32,000 bases of DNA from Synechocystis sp. PCC 6803 substr. PCC-P (lineage in GTDB: Bacteria; Cyanobacteriota; Cyanobacteriia; Cyanobacteriales; Microcystaceae): the NCBI RefSeq assembly GCF_000284455.1, contig NC_017039.1:720001-752000 (forward strand), read 5' to 3'. A model generated the notes under the pieces. The model made no database searches, had not been told where the DNA came from, and was given only the letters and a program-made list of their open reading frames with translations. The translations under genes were made by a program, and so were the position numbers. Shown one piece after another: positions 8,762 through 19,782 of the stretch (positions are counted from its first letter, which is position 1; each line of letters starts with the position of its first letter).

Positions 8762-9586
8762 ATGTTTAATAGTTTTTCGTTCCCTAAGCTGCATTGGCAA
8801 GCCCGCCGCTCCACAGCTTTATTGACTACCGTTCTCTTGATGGGAGGGTTGGTTGGTAGTTTTACTAATCCGGTGGAAGCTCGTCCCCGTCCCAACCGTG
8901 GCAATGCCGCCCAAAATTCTAACCGATGGAATAACAATAATGCCTATCCCGGCGCTCCTCGGTCTAGCTATAACATAGGTCAACTCTACAATGTGGAAGT
9001 GCCGGCCCAAACGATGATTCCTGTGGCGGTTGACCAAGGACAAATCACATTGAGAAGGGGAGAAACCAGGGCGGCCAGTCTCCGCACCACTACGGCCCTC
9101 CGTCAATCCGATGGTGTTACGATTATTCCTGCTGGCAGTGAAATTATTGGTCAGTTTCGCCCGATCGCCAATGGTAATGCGATGCAATTTGTGGCCCAAC
9201 AATTGGTGCTCAATAATGGCGAATATTTACCGATTAATGCCCGTTCCCGTGAGCTTGTCGGTTTTCAAACGGTCAATAAGGGGGCGAGTGCTTCCGATGT
9301 GATTATGGGGACTTTGGCTGGGGCCGGCACGGCAACAATCATTTCCGGTACCACCGGCGATCGCCGTATTACACCTCTGGAAGTGCTTGGGGGAGCCGCG
9401 GCGGGGGCCTTGGCCGGTTGGGGTCTGCCCACCGCAGGGATTGTTGGCGGTGGCTCGGAAGAATTGTTAACCGTTTCCAGCCGAGATTTGACCCTAATGT
9501 TGCAATCTCCCCTCCGCATCGGTAATGGCCAAGGACAAACGGTGCCCACTAATAACAATAGTAACTGGCGTAATGCTAGTTGGTAG
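8762..9586 (+). CDS. Secreted protein with C-terminal glycine-zipper region, unknown function
   Basis: 274 aa with a GAGGA Shine-Dalgarno before the ATG. Signal-peptide-like RRSTALLTTVLLMGGLVGSFTNPVEA. Asn-rich termini. Gly/Ala zipper GTLAGAGTATIISGTTG...GGAAAGALAGWGLPTAGIVGGG. Confidence 0.7.
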   Translation: MFNSFSFPKLHWQARRSTALLTTVLLMGGLVGSFTNPVEARPRPNRGNAAQNSNRWNNNNAYPGAPRSSYNIGQLYNVEVPAQTMIPVAVDQGQITLRRGETRAASLRTTTALRQSDGVTIIPAGSEIIGQFRPIANGNAMQFVAQQLVLNNGEYLPINARSRELVGFQTVNKGASASDVIMGTLAGAGTATIISGTTGDRRITPLEVLGGAAAGALAGWGLPTAGIVGGGSEELLTVSSRDLTLMLQSPLRIGNGQGQTVPTNNNSNWRNASW

Positions 9587-9625
9587 ATAGTGGATAGCGC
9601 CAAACCAGATAACCTCGTATGGATT

Positions 9626-9655
9626 GTCACTTTTGAAATATAAAGTGACTTTTTT
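9626..9655 (+). terminator. Rho-independent terminator after the Gly-zipper protein gene
   Basis: Perfect 8-bp stem gtcacttt (9626..9633) / aaagtgac (9642..9649) with an 8-nt loop, followed by tttttt at 9650..9655. Confidence 0.75.
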
Positions 9656-9772
9656 GTCAATGAAATTTAAAATTTCTTAAAATTAATTGGGTAAACAGTA
9701 ACATTTGTGACGGTCTACTCCGGTTAAATCCCCTAACGTAGCTTCTAATTCATTCACTAGGAATAAATACTC

Positions 9773-9973
9773 ATGAGTGTTTTCCCCGCAGAAACCTGTC
9801 CCGTGTGTGGCGTCACCATTGAAAATGGCTCCAAGGTGGTTTTTTCCTCTGGGCCGGCGGGAACGAGGGCCCGGCTCTGGGCCAGGGTCTGCAATTTTGC
9901 CCGTAACACCAGTTGCATCAATCAAGATGAAGCGGCGATCGGTAATGTTTCCAGCCGGGATTATTACGACTAG
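9773..9973 (+). CDS. Conserved 66-aa four-cysteine miniprotein, unknown function
   Basis: ATG start. CPVCG plus two distal Cys residues (ARVCNFARNTSCINQ) suggest a small metal-binding fold. The overlapping minus-strand ORF 9683..9925 looks spurious. Confidence 0.6.
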   Translation: MSVFPAETCPVCGVTIENGSKVVFSSGPAGTRARLWARVCNFARNTSCINQDEAAIGNVSSRDYYD

Positions 9974-10209
9974 TATTTTTATGTCTAGACTGTTTTTGCT
10001 CGACTAAATTAAGTCAAATTTTGCCCAGTTTTCCCATGTTTATGTCTGGCTTTGGCCAAAGGGGAGCTGGGCTCTCGCTTGAATATTAATCTTGCTTATT
10101 GTTGGGGCTGTGGTAAATCCGACTAGGCATGGGCTTCAGTTATCCACTAGGGCAGAAGGATTTAATGGAAGCGGTGTGAGTGTGGGCAATTTAAATTTTG
10201 GCGATCGCC

Positions 10210-11775
10210 TCACAATCCTGAAACCTCCTTGTTAAAGGATGGTTTAACCTGGGACAATTTCGCCTCAATTTTAGGTTTAAGCCGGTCTAACTCCTGCTTA
10301 AGTAACCGTTTAGTCACCTGGGGTTTACCACCGGGCATGGATTGACTAGTTTGGGCCCACTCCTTGAGCAACTTACACTGATTGGGGGCAACGGTAGCGG
10401 TCAACATATGCTGACAGCGAGTGGGATTTTCCAACGCAAAAAACAGCAACCAATAGGTACCGGATTCCCCCAACATCTGGGCAAAACTCTGACCCGACCT
10501 AGTCTTTAAATCCAAATAACAGGGCAACCAGCGGGGACCATATTCCCGATGGTAGAGCACCGTAATCCACAGCACCATGGGATGGGGAGAAGTCATCAGT
10601 AAAAATTGGTTGTAGCGGATGCTGGACATCCGGGTGAGGATATCCTCTTGATTCAACATCACCCACAAACTAGCCAATTTTCCTTCAGCGGCGTTGAGCA
10701 CATAGGGAAAAACAATTTTCTGTTTTGGTTTATCGGAGGGCCACTCTAACTGCTTACAGAGTTCACTCACCAGCGGCAACCGCGTTTCTGGGACGATTCC
10801 CGGGCCCCGCTGGGCCACCACCGTTGCTTCCATATCCGTGTTGAGTAAATGGGGAGCAATCTGGGTTTTCTCGGTGTCGGAAATGGGGGGAGCTTTGATT
10901 TCCGCTTCAATGGCATCGATCGCCCGGATAATCACATCCACCGATTGGGGACGACCTTTGGGGCTTTTGGCCAGGCAGTTCATCACCAAGGCTTCGAGGG
11001 AAGCGGGGATTTTATAACGGGCGGAAAAGGGATGGGGCTTAGTGTGATGATGGGCTTCATACCAACCCCCAAAGGAAGAATTGTCTGGGAACAGGGGCAT
11101 TTCCCCCGTTAGCATTTCGTACATCATCACCCCCAGACTGTAAATGTCCGAACGGCTATCTAACTCTTTGCCCTCCATTTGCTCTGGGGAACAATAGGCA
11201 AGGGTACCCATAAAAGCTTGGGTTTTCGACTCCTCTGCTGCTTGTACTAATTTGGCGATACCAAAATCGAGAATTTTAACCAGTTCCCCCAGGGCGGGGT
11301 CTTCCACCAACAGTACGTTGCTGGGCTTGATATCCCGGTGGACAACGGGGCAGGCTTCCCCTTGGTAAATAATTCCTTTATGGGCACAATCCAAGCCAAA
11401 GCAAATTTGCCTAGCTATTTTTAAAAAGCGCTCTACTTTGAGGGGACGGTATTTAATCACGTCACTAATGTTTTCCCCTTGGAGGTATTCCATCACGTAG
11501 AAGGGAATTTCCTTTTCGTCCAGGCCGTAATCCCGCACCCGCACAATGTGGATACTTTTTTCCCCCAGTAGGGCCGAAATAGTGGCTTCCCGTTCAAACC
11601 GTTCCTTCATGCGGGGATTGAGCAAGGCTTGGGAAAGGAATTTGACTGCGACGGTGACTCCCCCAAGGAGCTTATCTTCCGCTCGGTAGACTTGACCCAT
11701 AGCTCCACTACCCACCAACTCAACCAGTTGATAGCGATTGGCCAATAGACGGCGGTGACGGGAGTCAGGGGTCAT
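10210..11775 (-). CDS. spkA: Hanks-type Ser/Thr protein kinase SpkA, uninterrupted 521-aa form
   Basis: Kinase motifs: GSGAMGQVY, VAVKF, HRDIKPSNVLL, DFGIAK, YCSPEQ. A C-terminal region of about 230 aa has no motif I recognise. Position between the cpc operon and the aspartoacylase-like gene matches sll1574/sll1575 from memory. Confidence 0.9.
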   Translation of the reverse strand: MTPDSRHRRLLANRYQLVELVGSGAMGQVYRAEDKLLGGVTVAVKFLSQALLNPRMKERFEREATISALLGEKSIHIVRVRDYGLDEKEIPFYVMEYLQGENISDVIKYRPLKVERFLKIARQICFGLDCAHKGIIYQGEACPVVHRDIKPSNVLLVEDPALGELVKILDFGIAKLVQAAEESKTQAFMGTLAYCSPEQMEGKELDSRSDIYSLGVMMYEMLTGEMPLFPDNSSFGGWYEAHHHTKPHPFSARYKIPASLEALVMNCLAKSPKGRPQSVDVIIRAIDAIEAEIKAPPISDTEKTQIAPHLLNTDMEATVVAQRGPGIVPETRLPLVSELCKQLEWPSDKPKQKIVFPYVLNAAEGKLASLWVMLNQEDILTRMSSIRYNQFLLMTSPHPMVLWITVLYHREYGPRWLPCYLDLKTRSGQSFAQMLGESGTYWLLFFALENPTRCQHMLTATVAPNQCKLLKEWAQTSQSMPGGKPQVTKRLLKQELDRLKPKIEAKLSQVKPSFNKEVSGL

Positions 11776-11848
11776 AGCGCAAATATCTCAGCGACGAGCG
11801 GTGACGTTAATTTTTTGAGCAACAAGCAATCAATATCGATCCCTAGCC

Positions 11849-12292
11849 TCAACCCTGTCTTTCCAGGGTGGCTTCCATTGTACTGGTCAAGGAGTGGCCG
11901 GTGAGCATCCCACTAGCTAAATAATAACGACGATCATTGAAGCGGTAAAAGGTTTCAAAGCCACTCTGCCGTTGGCGATCGCCTAGGACCCAATAGCGCT
12001 GAACAATGGCATGGTTAGAGAGCCAGCCTTCCCCTTCTACTCTCCCTAGTTGACTGTGTTGCAAAACGTAGGTGTATTGGGACTCTCCGCCATTGAGACG
12101 CCCCCGATACTGACAGGATATATCTTGGTGACTACTACCAGGAAAACTAAACTTGGTCACCATGGTAAACCAATCTTCCTGATTCCAAGCTATCAGGGCA
12201 CCTCCCTTGATTTCCAGGGGAGATTGATTGCGCTCCTGCCAAAAGCCCTCTAGATGCCATCGGCCTGGCTCCAATAGGAAAGTGTGGGCCAA
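11849..12292 (-). CDS. Hypothetical soluble protein, 147 aa
   Basis: ORF with an apparent TTG start, so the start is uncertain. No recognisable motif. Same strand as spkA, 73 nt upstream of it. Confidence 0.55.
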   Translation of the reverse strand: MAHTFLLEPGRWHLEGFWQERNQSPLEIKGGALIAWNQEDWFTMVTKFSFPGSSHQDISCQYRGRLNGGESQYTYVLQHSQLGRVEGEGWLSNHAIVQRYWVLGDRQRQSGFETFYRFNDRRYYLASGMLTGHSLTSTMEATLERQG

Positions 12293-12518
12293 AGTGTTTT
12301 TCTCCGGTTCCGTGCAATTCCATTGTCCCTAATTCTGGCAGTGAGCTCAGGAAATATCACAAAAAATCCACACCACAATTGCCACTATTTAGTTTAGTGA
12401 TGGGGAGTCTAGTCAAAAAACAGTAAAAACAATGACATTGTTGTTCTAGAACAGTAGTCAAAGTTACAATATAAGGACATTTTATTGGATTCTAAGTTTT
12501 TATAGGACTACGTGGGGA

Positions 12519-13385
12519 ATGGTAAATTCAGCAGTTCGCTCCCTGGCCATTGTGGGGGGAGTGCATGGTAATGAAAGGACGGGGGTGGAGGTGGTGCGTC
12601 GCTGGCAACAGAAAGATTTTGCTCGATATTTTCCGGCATTGAAGTGTCACTATTTCTTGGCTAATCCCCGGGCGATCGCCGCCAATCGTAGATATATTAA
12701 CCAGGACTTAAACCGTTGTTTTCGGCCCCAGGACCGCAAAAACCCCTATCTAATGGGCTATGAGCAGTTGCGGGCTCGGCAGTTGGCCCATCAAATTTCC
12801 CTGGCGGGGATTGATTTCATTGTGGATTTGCACACCACCACTGCGGCCATGGGCACAACTTTGATTTTAAACTGCCCCCATCCCCTGCTCCTCAACCTAG
12901 CGGCTTATCTCAGCGCCCAGGATGAGGAAATTCGAGTGTTGCAGTATTCTCCCCAAAAGGATTTACCCTACATTCGTGGCCTGTGTGAATTAGGCTTAAC
13001 CATCGAACTAGGCCCCGTCCCCCAGGGGGTCTATGACCCAACGGCGATCGCCAAAACCCAACGGACCTTGGCCCGAATTCTAGCCTATCTCCAGGCCTCG
13101 ACCTCCGGTAATGTTCCAGCGGCGGATAACTGCACTGTTTATCAGCAGATAGACACTATTGATTATCCCAGGGATGAACAAGGACAGATTGTGGCGGAAA
13201 TTGCGCCCCACATCCGGGATTACCAGGCGATTAAACCAGGCACACCATTGTTTTACCATCGCCGGGGTAATGTTACGCCTTACCAGGGAGCTGCGACGGT
13301 TTACCCCGTATTTATTGGTGAAGCGGCCTATGTGGAAAAGGGCATTGCCATGGCGTTAACCCAGCGCAAAACCATTGCCATTTGA
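12519..13385 (+). CDS. Succinylglutamate desuccinylase/aspartoacylase family zinc hydrolase
   Basis: 288 aa. N-terminal [10 protein letters not shown] zinc-site motif and DLHTTTA, typical of the AstE/AspA family. Confidence 0.8.
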
Positions 13386-13392
13386 CGGACTG

Positions 13393-13407
13393 ATGATCAT
13401 TGATCAT
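13393..13407. promoter_or_regulatory. Perfect 15-bp palindrome, operator candidate
   Basis: ATGATCA-T-TGATCAT: 7-bp arms with a 1-nt spacer. It lies in the 140-bp gap between the aspartoacylase-like stop and the epimerase start. It cannot fold as an RNA hairpin, so it is a DNA-level signal if functional. Confidence 0.3.
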
Positions 13408-13525
13408 GCAATCACCGGGTTGATAAGGTCGACAAAATAGAAAGAAATCTTCCGGGCGATCGATAAAGTGGGGAATTTGAGCTAACCTTTGATGGCACTA
13501 TGTGGAGGTCAATCACTGGATAGCC

Positions 13526-14533
13526 ATGGCGGATTGTTTTTTTGTCACTGGGGGCACGGGCTTTGTCGGGGCTAATTTGGTCCGCCATCTGTTGGAGCAG
13601 GGTTATCAGGTGCGGGCGTTGGTGCGGGCTTCCAGCCGTCCCGATAATTTGCAAAATTTACCCATAGATTGGGTCGTGGGAGATTTGAATGATGGGGATC
13701 TTCACCAACAAATGCAAGGCTGTCAGGGTCTCTTCCATGTGGCGGCCCACTATTCCCTTTGGCAAAAAGACCGGGAAGCTCTTTACCGCAGTAATGTTTT
13801 AGGCACGAGAAATATCCTGGCCTGTGCCCAAAAAGCAGGCATTGAACGCACTGTCTACACCAGTTCCGTGGCGGCGATCGGCGTTAAAGGGGACGGTCAA
13901 AGGGCGGACGAAAGTTATCAAAGTCCAGTGGAAAAGTTAATTGGAGCCTATAAACAGTCCAAATATTGGGCGGAACAGGAGGCATTGACAGCGGCCCAGC
14001 AAGGCCAAGACATTGTCATTGTTAATCCCAGCACTCCCATTGGCCCCTGGGATATTAAACCTACTCCCACGGGAGAAATAATTCTGCGCTTTCTGCGGCG
14101 ACAAATGCCAGCCTACGTTAACACTGGCTTGAATTTAATCGATGTGCGGGATGTGGCGGCGGGGCATCTCCTGGCTTGGCAACGGGGAAAAACTGCTCTG
14201 ACCAGAGGCGATCGCTATATTTTGGGCCATGAAAATATCAGTCTTCAAGGGATTTTGGCCCATCTATCTACCATTACGGGGTTACCCGCCCCGAAAAATA
14301 CGGTTCCCCTTTGGTTACCCTTGACCTTTGCCTGGGTGGAAGAAAAAGTTCTGGCTCCCCTGGGGCGATCGCCTTCGGTGCCCATGGATGGGGTTAAAAT
14401 GTCCGCCCAGGAGATGTATTACGATGCTAGTAAAGCGGTGCAGGAATTGGGGCTACCCCAGTCCTCTATCAAACAGGCTTTGGCAGATGCGGTGCATTGG
14501 TTCCAAAACCATGGCTACGTTAAGACCCAATAA
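13526..14533 (+). CDS. NAD-dependent epimerase/dehydratase family protein (dihydroflavonol-4-reductase-like / hopanoid-associated sugar epimerase-like)
   Basis: ORF 13502..14533. I prefer the ATG at 13526 (MADCFFVTGGTGFVGANLV Rossmann motif) over the GTG at 13502. YKQSK catalytic Y-x3-K is present. Confidence 0.85.
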   Translation: MADCFFVTGGTGFVGANLVRHLLEQGYQVRALVRASSRPDNLQNLPIDWVVGDLNDGDLHQQMQGCQGLFHVAAHYSLWQKDREALYRSNVLGTRNILACAQKAGIERTVYTSSVAAIGVKGDGQRADESYQSPVEKLIGAYKQSKYWAEQEALTAAQQGQDIVIVNPSTPIGPWDIKPTPTGEIILRFLRRQMPAYVNTGLNLIDVRDVAAGHLLAWQRGKTALTRGDRYILGHENISLQGILAHLSTITGLPAPKNTVPLWLPLTFAWVEEKVLAPLGRSPSVPMDGVKMSAQEMYYDASKAVQELGLPQSSIKQALADAVHWFQNHGYVKTQ

Positions 14534-14539
14534 TTCTAA

Positions 14540-14649
14540 GAACGTGTTTGGAAAGTTTTATTCTGCCCCCCAAATCCCCCAATACTGGGGGACTTTCACT
14601 CAGTTTCCCCCCAAATTTTGGGGGCCAGGGGGGCTTTTAAAACAGGCTC
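14540..14649 (+). mobile_element. MITE-like element, copy A (110 bp)
   Basis: TIRs are GAACGTGTTT (14540..14549) and AAACAGGCTC (14640..14649, rc GAGCCTGTTT). They are flanked by TAA at 14537..14539 and 14650..14652. The interior holds G/C hairpins: cccccaatactggggg, ccccccaaattttggggg, and an outer gcccccc/ggggggc clamp followed by tttt. Near-identical to copy C apart from a 14-nt indel. Confidence 0.8.
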
Positions 14650-14765
14650 TAAGTCCCTTGTCGTTGCACTGGAACGGAGAAGATTTTCCTGTAGTTCCAG
14701 ATGATGCGTCGCTATCATCCCATCTGAATTCAACCCATACTTGATTCCAATTTTTATCATTTTCC

Positions 14766-14960
14766 ATGACTATTCAACTAACTGTACCCACCATTGCCTG
14801 TGAAGCCTGTGCCGAAGCTGTGACCAAAGCCGTGCAAAATGAGGATGCCCAAGCAACGGTGCAAGTGGATTTAACCAGCAAAAAAGTCACCATCACCAGT
14901 GCTCTGGGGGAAGAACAACTACGAACGGCGATCGCCTCGGCGGGCCATGAAGTTGAGTGA
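14766..14960 (+). CDS. atx1: Copper metallochaperone Atx1
   Basis: 64 aa. MTIQLTVPTIACEACAEAVTKAV carries the CxxC metal site on a ferredoxin-like HMA fold. It matches the Synechocystis Atx1 sequence as I remember it. Confidence 0.9.
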   Translation: MTIQLTVPTIACEACAEAVTKAVQNEDAQATVQVDLTSKKVTITSALGEEQLRTAIASAGHEVE

Positions 14961-15085
14961 AGTGTAACAGAGGTCGAGACAGTGACGATTTTTCGTTCCG
15001 GCTGTTCTGGTTTGCATTTATAGCCTAACCCTCTACAATCGAGGGAGTATTTTGCAACCCGTATGTGTGTGTGAGGCTCTGAACA

Positions 15086-16321
15086 ATGCAGTCCCAATCG
15101 AGGATAAAAGACCTGAAACGTAAGCCTGGTCAAGGTGCCAATCTCTACAATCTGTCTTTGGGCGGGCTGATCATTATCGGTGGTTTGGTTTGGTCTTTAC
15201 CCGGTAGCACCACTGGCAATTTGGAAATTGAACAATCTGCCCCCGCTCCCGTCACCCCAGCCGCTCCCCCAGCTCCGGTGAAAGCTACGGCCCCCGTGCC
15301 AGTCCAATCGACTCCGGACTCCAAGCCAGCAGCGCCTAGATTACCTGCTCCCACTATTGCACCCATTTCTAGCCAGCCAGCCCAAATACGCCAGGGTTTG
15401 CAAAAAAATAGTTACATTGATGCGGCTCCCCAGGGTACAGCGGCGGCCCCCAATCTGCCCACCCGGACAGAAGTGGAGTTCGTTCCCCGTTCTGGGCAAC
15501 AGGCTCCCCTCAATACCCGTTATCCCGCCGCCAATCGCAGTGCTAACCGTGCCCCCGTGGCCCGTCAGCAATCTAGTCCGGTTAATCCCCCCAAGGCGAT
15601 CACCCCCCGTCGGCAGAGCATCAATGCCCGTAATGCGGCTCCCGGTAACAATTCTGTTTCTCCCCTCAATCCTCTAAATATTCAGCCTAAAATCAGTTCC
15701 CTGGCGATCGGGCAACCAGTGGGGTCCAATCAGGTTTTCAGCCTTGATCCTATGGCCAATCGGGGTATTCAAATCGCCCTAGCTCCTTTACCGGAATACA
15801 GTAGGGCCACGGGTTTGTACTCTACCCAAGGTCAGCCCAACCAAGGGACTGATCTGATGTTCCCCGTTGCCGGCGTTAACCCCATTACCTCCGCCTTTGG
15901 TTGGCGAATTCACCCCATCAGTGGCCAAGGGCGTATGCACAATGGCACCGACATCGGCGCTCCCATGGGCACTCCTGTACTGGCCGCCTATGACGGAATA
16001 GTAGCAGCGGCCCAATGGTCCGGCGGCTATGGCTTAATGGTTACCCTACGCCACTTAGATGGAACCCAGGAATCTCGTTATGCTCACCTATCAGAAGCTT
16101 TTGTAGAAAGTGGACAACAGGTGACTCAGGGTGAAGTGATCGGTCGAGTTGGTAGCACAGGCTTCTCCACTGGGCCTCATTTGCACTTTGAATGGCGACA
16201 CCTAACCAATGATGGTTGGGTTGCAGTGGATGCAGGCCCCCATTTGGAAGCCGCTTTGGCTAATTTGATGGCGGCCCAAAAATATGCCCAATCCCAAGCT
16301 GACTCCCAGCCCCAAAGTTAA
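15086..16321 (+). CDS. Membrane-anchored M23 (LytM-type) peptidoglycan endopeptidase with Pro/Ala/Gln-rich linker
   Basis: 411 aa. N-terminal TM segment (LSLGGLIIIGGLVWSL), a low-complexity Pro-rich region of about 200 aa, and a C-terminal M23 domain with HNGTDI and GPHLHFEW. Confidence 0.85.
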   Translation: MQSQSRIKDLKRKPGQGANLYNLSLGGLIIIGGLVWSLPGSTTGNLEIEQSAPAPVTPAAPPAPVKATAPVPVQSTPDSKPAAPRLPAPTIAPISSQPAQIRQGLQKNSYIDAAPQGTAAAPNLPTRTEVEFVPRSGQQAPLNTRYPAANRSANRAPVARQQSSPVNPPKAITPRRQSINARNAAPGNNSVSPLNPLNIQPKISSLAIGQPVGSNQVFSLDPMANRGIQIALAPLPEYSRATGLYSTQGQPNQGTDLMFPVAGVNPITSAFGWRIHPISGQGRMHNGTDIGAPMGTPVLAAYDGIVAAAQWSGGYGLMVTLRHLDGTQESRYAHLSEAFVESGQQVTQGEVIGRVGSTGFSTGPHLHFEWRHLTNDGWVAVDAGPHLEAALANLMAAQKYAQSQADSQPQS

Positions 16322-16372
16322 ACGACGGATATCTATAATTAAACAACCGATGGATTTCCCATTGTTTCAATT

Positions 16373-16405
16373 CCCTGAGTGCATCCAACTCGGGGATTTT
16401 TTATT
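16373..16405 (+). terminator. Rho-independent terminator after the M23 peptidase gene
   Basis: Stem ccctgagt (16373..16380) / actcgggg (16388..16395), 8 bp including one G-U, with a 7-nt loop. Followed by a-tttttt-attt. Confidence 0.65.
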
Positions 16406-16535
16406 TGACTATGGCAACAGCCTAGACAATTCCAACAAAATGTAATCAATGTCAATTTCCCCTACCTAAGTCGACAGAAAAAACTCCGTCGGTCATCTCG
16501 TCTTAGTTTACATTGGGGTAATTGTTCAATCACGA

Positions 16536-18909
<2,374 letters not shown>

Positions 18910-19009
18910 AGGGGAAGGCAAAATACAGGGAGTTCTTGCTTGGATTCTACCCCGATCGCCTAAAAAGTCTGAAAAATCCGGCCAAAAATGCTGTCAATTT
19001 AGTCCAAAT

Positions 19010-19714
19010 TTAAATATCCCCCTCTAAACAATAGGATTCGTAGAGATTGAGATACTCCATGGCGTTTTGCACTGCTTGGGGGCGTAAATTACGCTTTTCC
19101 GGAGGAAAATTGGCCAACACATTGGCCGGTTCTAGATAAAGGGCACACCAAGAAATACCAAACCAGGCTTGCCCCGTCACCAGGGAGCGGACAAATTGCA
19201 CTGTGAAATTCTCCGGCAGGGCGTAGGCCGCCTTAGACATTAGTTGCACTGGGGTTGATCGCCAAAGGTCATTGCCACCCTGGGTACTGAGGGGGCCAAG
19301 AGTTTGATAATCGTCCAGGGCCAGGAGGTAACCGACAATGAATAATTCTTCCGGGGTCAAATCCCCCAAATCCATATGGGTAGGGGGTTTGTCATTTTTT
19401 CTGGCCAGGGCCACGAGGAACTGTTCGGCGTTGTTGCTGCCGTCAATATTCCAGCCCAAGGCATTAATCACTGCGGCCTTTTCCCCCAAGGGGCGATCGC
19501 CAAGGAGAAAATCTACAATGAGGGGAGACATAATCCGATACTGCTGGGCCCATTCCACGGCGGCAATGTCGGAGTAAGCTCCAGCTAAATCCGTGGAAGT
19601 CAGGGGACTATCGGCCCGGCTGGCCAGGGGGTCTAAAGCTAGAATGGAGAGCCCCGCCAGACCCAAGCTGGTAATCCAGGAGGCAACCTTTTTTGGCAAT
19701 AAATGCGTCTGCAT
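19010..19714 (-). CDS. Secreted hypothetical protein
   Basis: ORF 19010..19741. I prefer the ATG at 19714, giving MQTHLLPKKVASWITSLGLAGLSILALDPLASRA, a signal peptide. No recognised domain. Confidence 0.65.
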   Translation of the reverse strand: MQTHLLPKKVASWITSLGLAGLSILALDPLASRADSPLTSTDLAGAYSDIAAVEWAQQYRIMSPLIVDFLLGDRPLGEKAAVINALGWNIDGSNNAEQFLVALARKNDKPPTHMDLGDLTPEELFIVGYLLALDDYQTLGPLSTQGGNDLWRSTPVQLMSKAAYALPENFTVQFVRSLVTGQAWFGISWCALYLEPANVLANFPPEKRNLRPQAVQNAMEYLNLYESYCLEGDI

Positions 19715-19782
19715 AGAAATACCTGATTCTGATTTCACCACTGTATCGGTCTAAAATTGGACTGCTTTTGCCCTAATTTGCC

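Noticed and set aside
9683-9925. 80-aa minus-strand ORF overlapping the four-Cys miniprotein gene
   Set aside because: The plus-strand product has the conserved-looking Cys pattern. The minus-strand product is Gly/Pro/Arg-rich with no features.
10050-10061. 12-bp palindrome ctttggccaaag downstream of spkA
   Set aside because: It is isolated and lacks a U-run for a terminator. There is no second copy or known motif.
13412-13654. 80-aa minus-strand ORF across the epimerase start
   Set aside because: It overlaps the Rossmann-fold N-terminus of the plus-strand gene and has no motif.
14669-14719. Two short inverted repeats upstream of atx1 (ctggaac/gttccag 14669..14700; gatgat/atcatc 14700..14719)
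   Set aside because: The stems are short (6-7 bp) with no U-run and no recognisable operator consensus. They could be chance or part of the atx1 promoter, and the support is not enough for a call.
14328-14744. 138-aa ORF overlapping the epimerase 3' end and running through MITE copy A
   Set aside because: It is in an alternative frame of a well-supported gene. The remainder is translation of the repeat (PQIPQYWGTFTQFPPKFWGPGG), so it is an artefact.
15061-15076. Short (TG)n run gtatgtgtgtgtgagg upstream of the M23 peptidase gene
   Set aside because: There are only about five repeat units, which is too short to argue for phase variation.
15145-15677. Alternative-frame and antisense ORFs inside the Pro-rich region of the M23 peptidase gene
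   Set aside because: Low-complexity GC-rich coding sequence stays open in several frames. Only the frame leading into the M23 domain is coherent.
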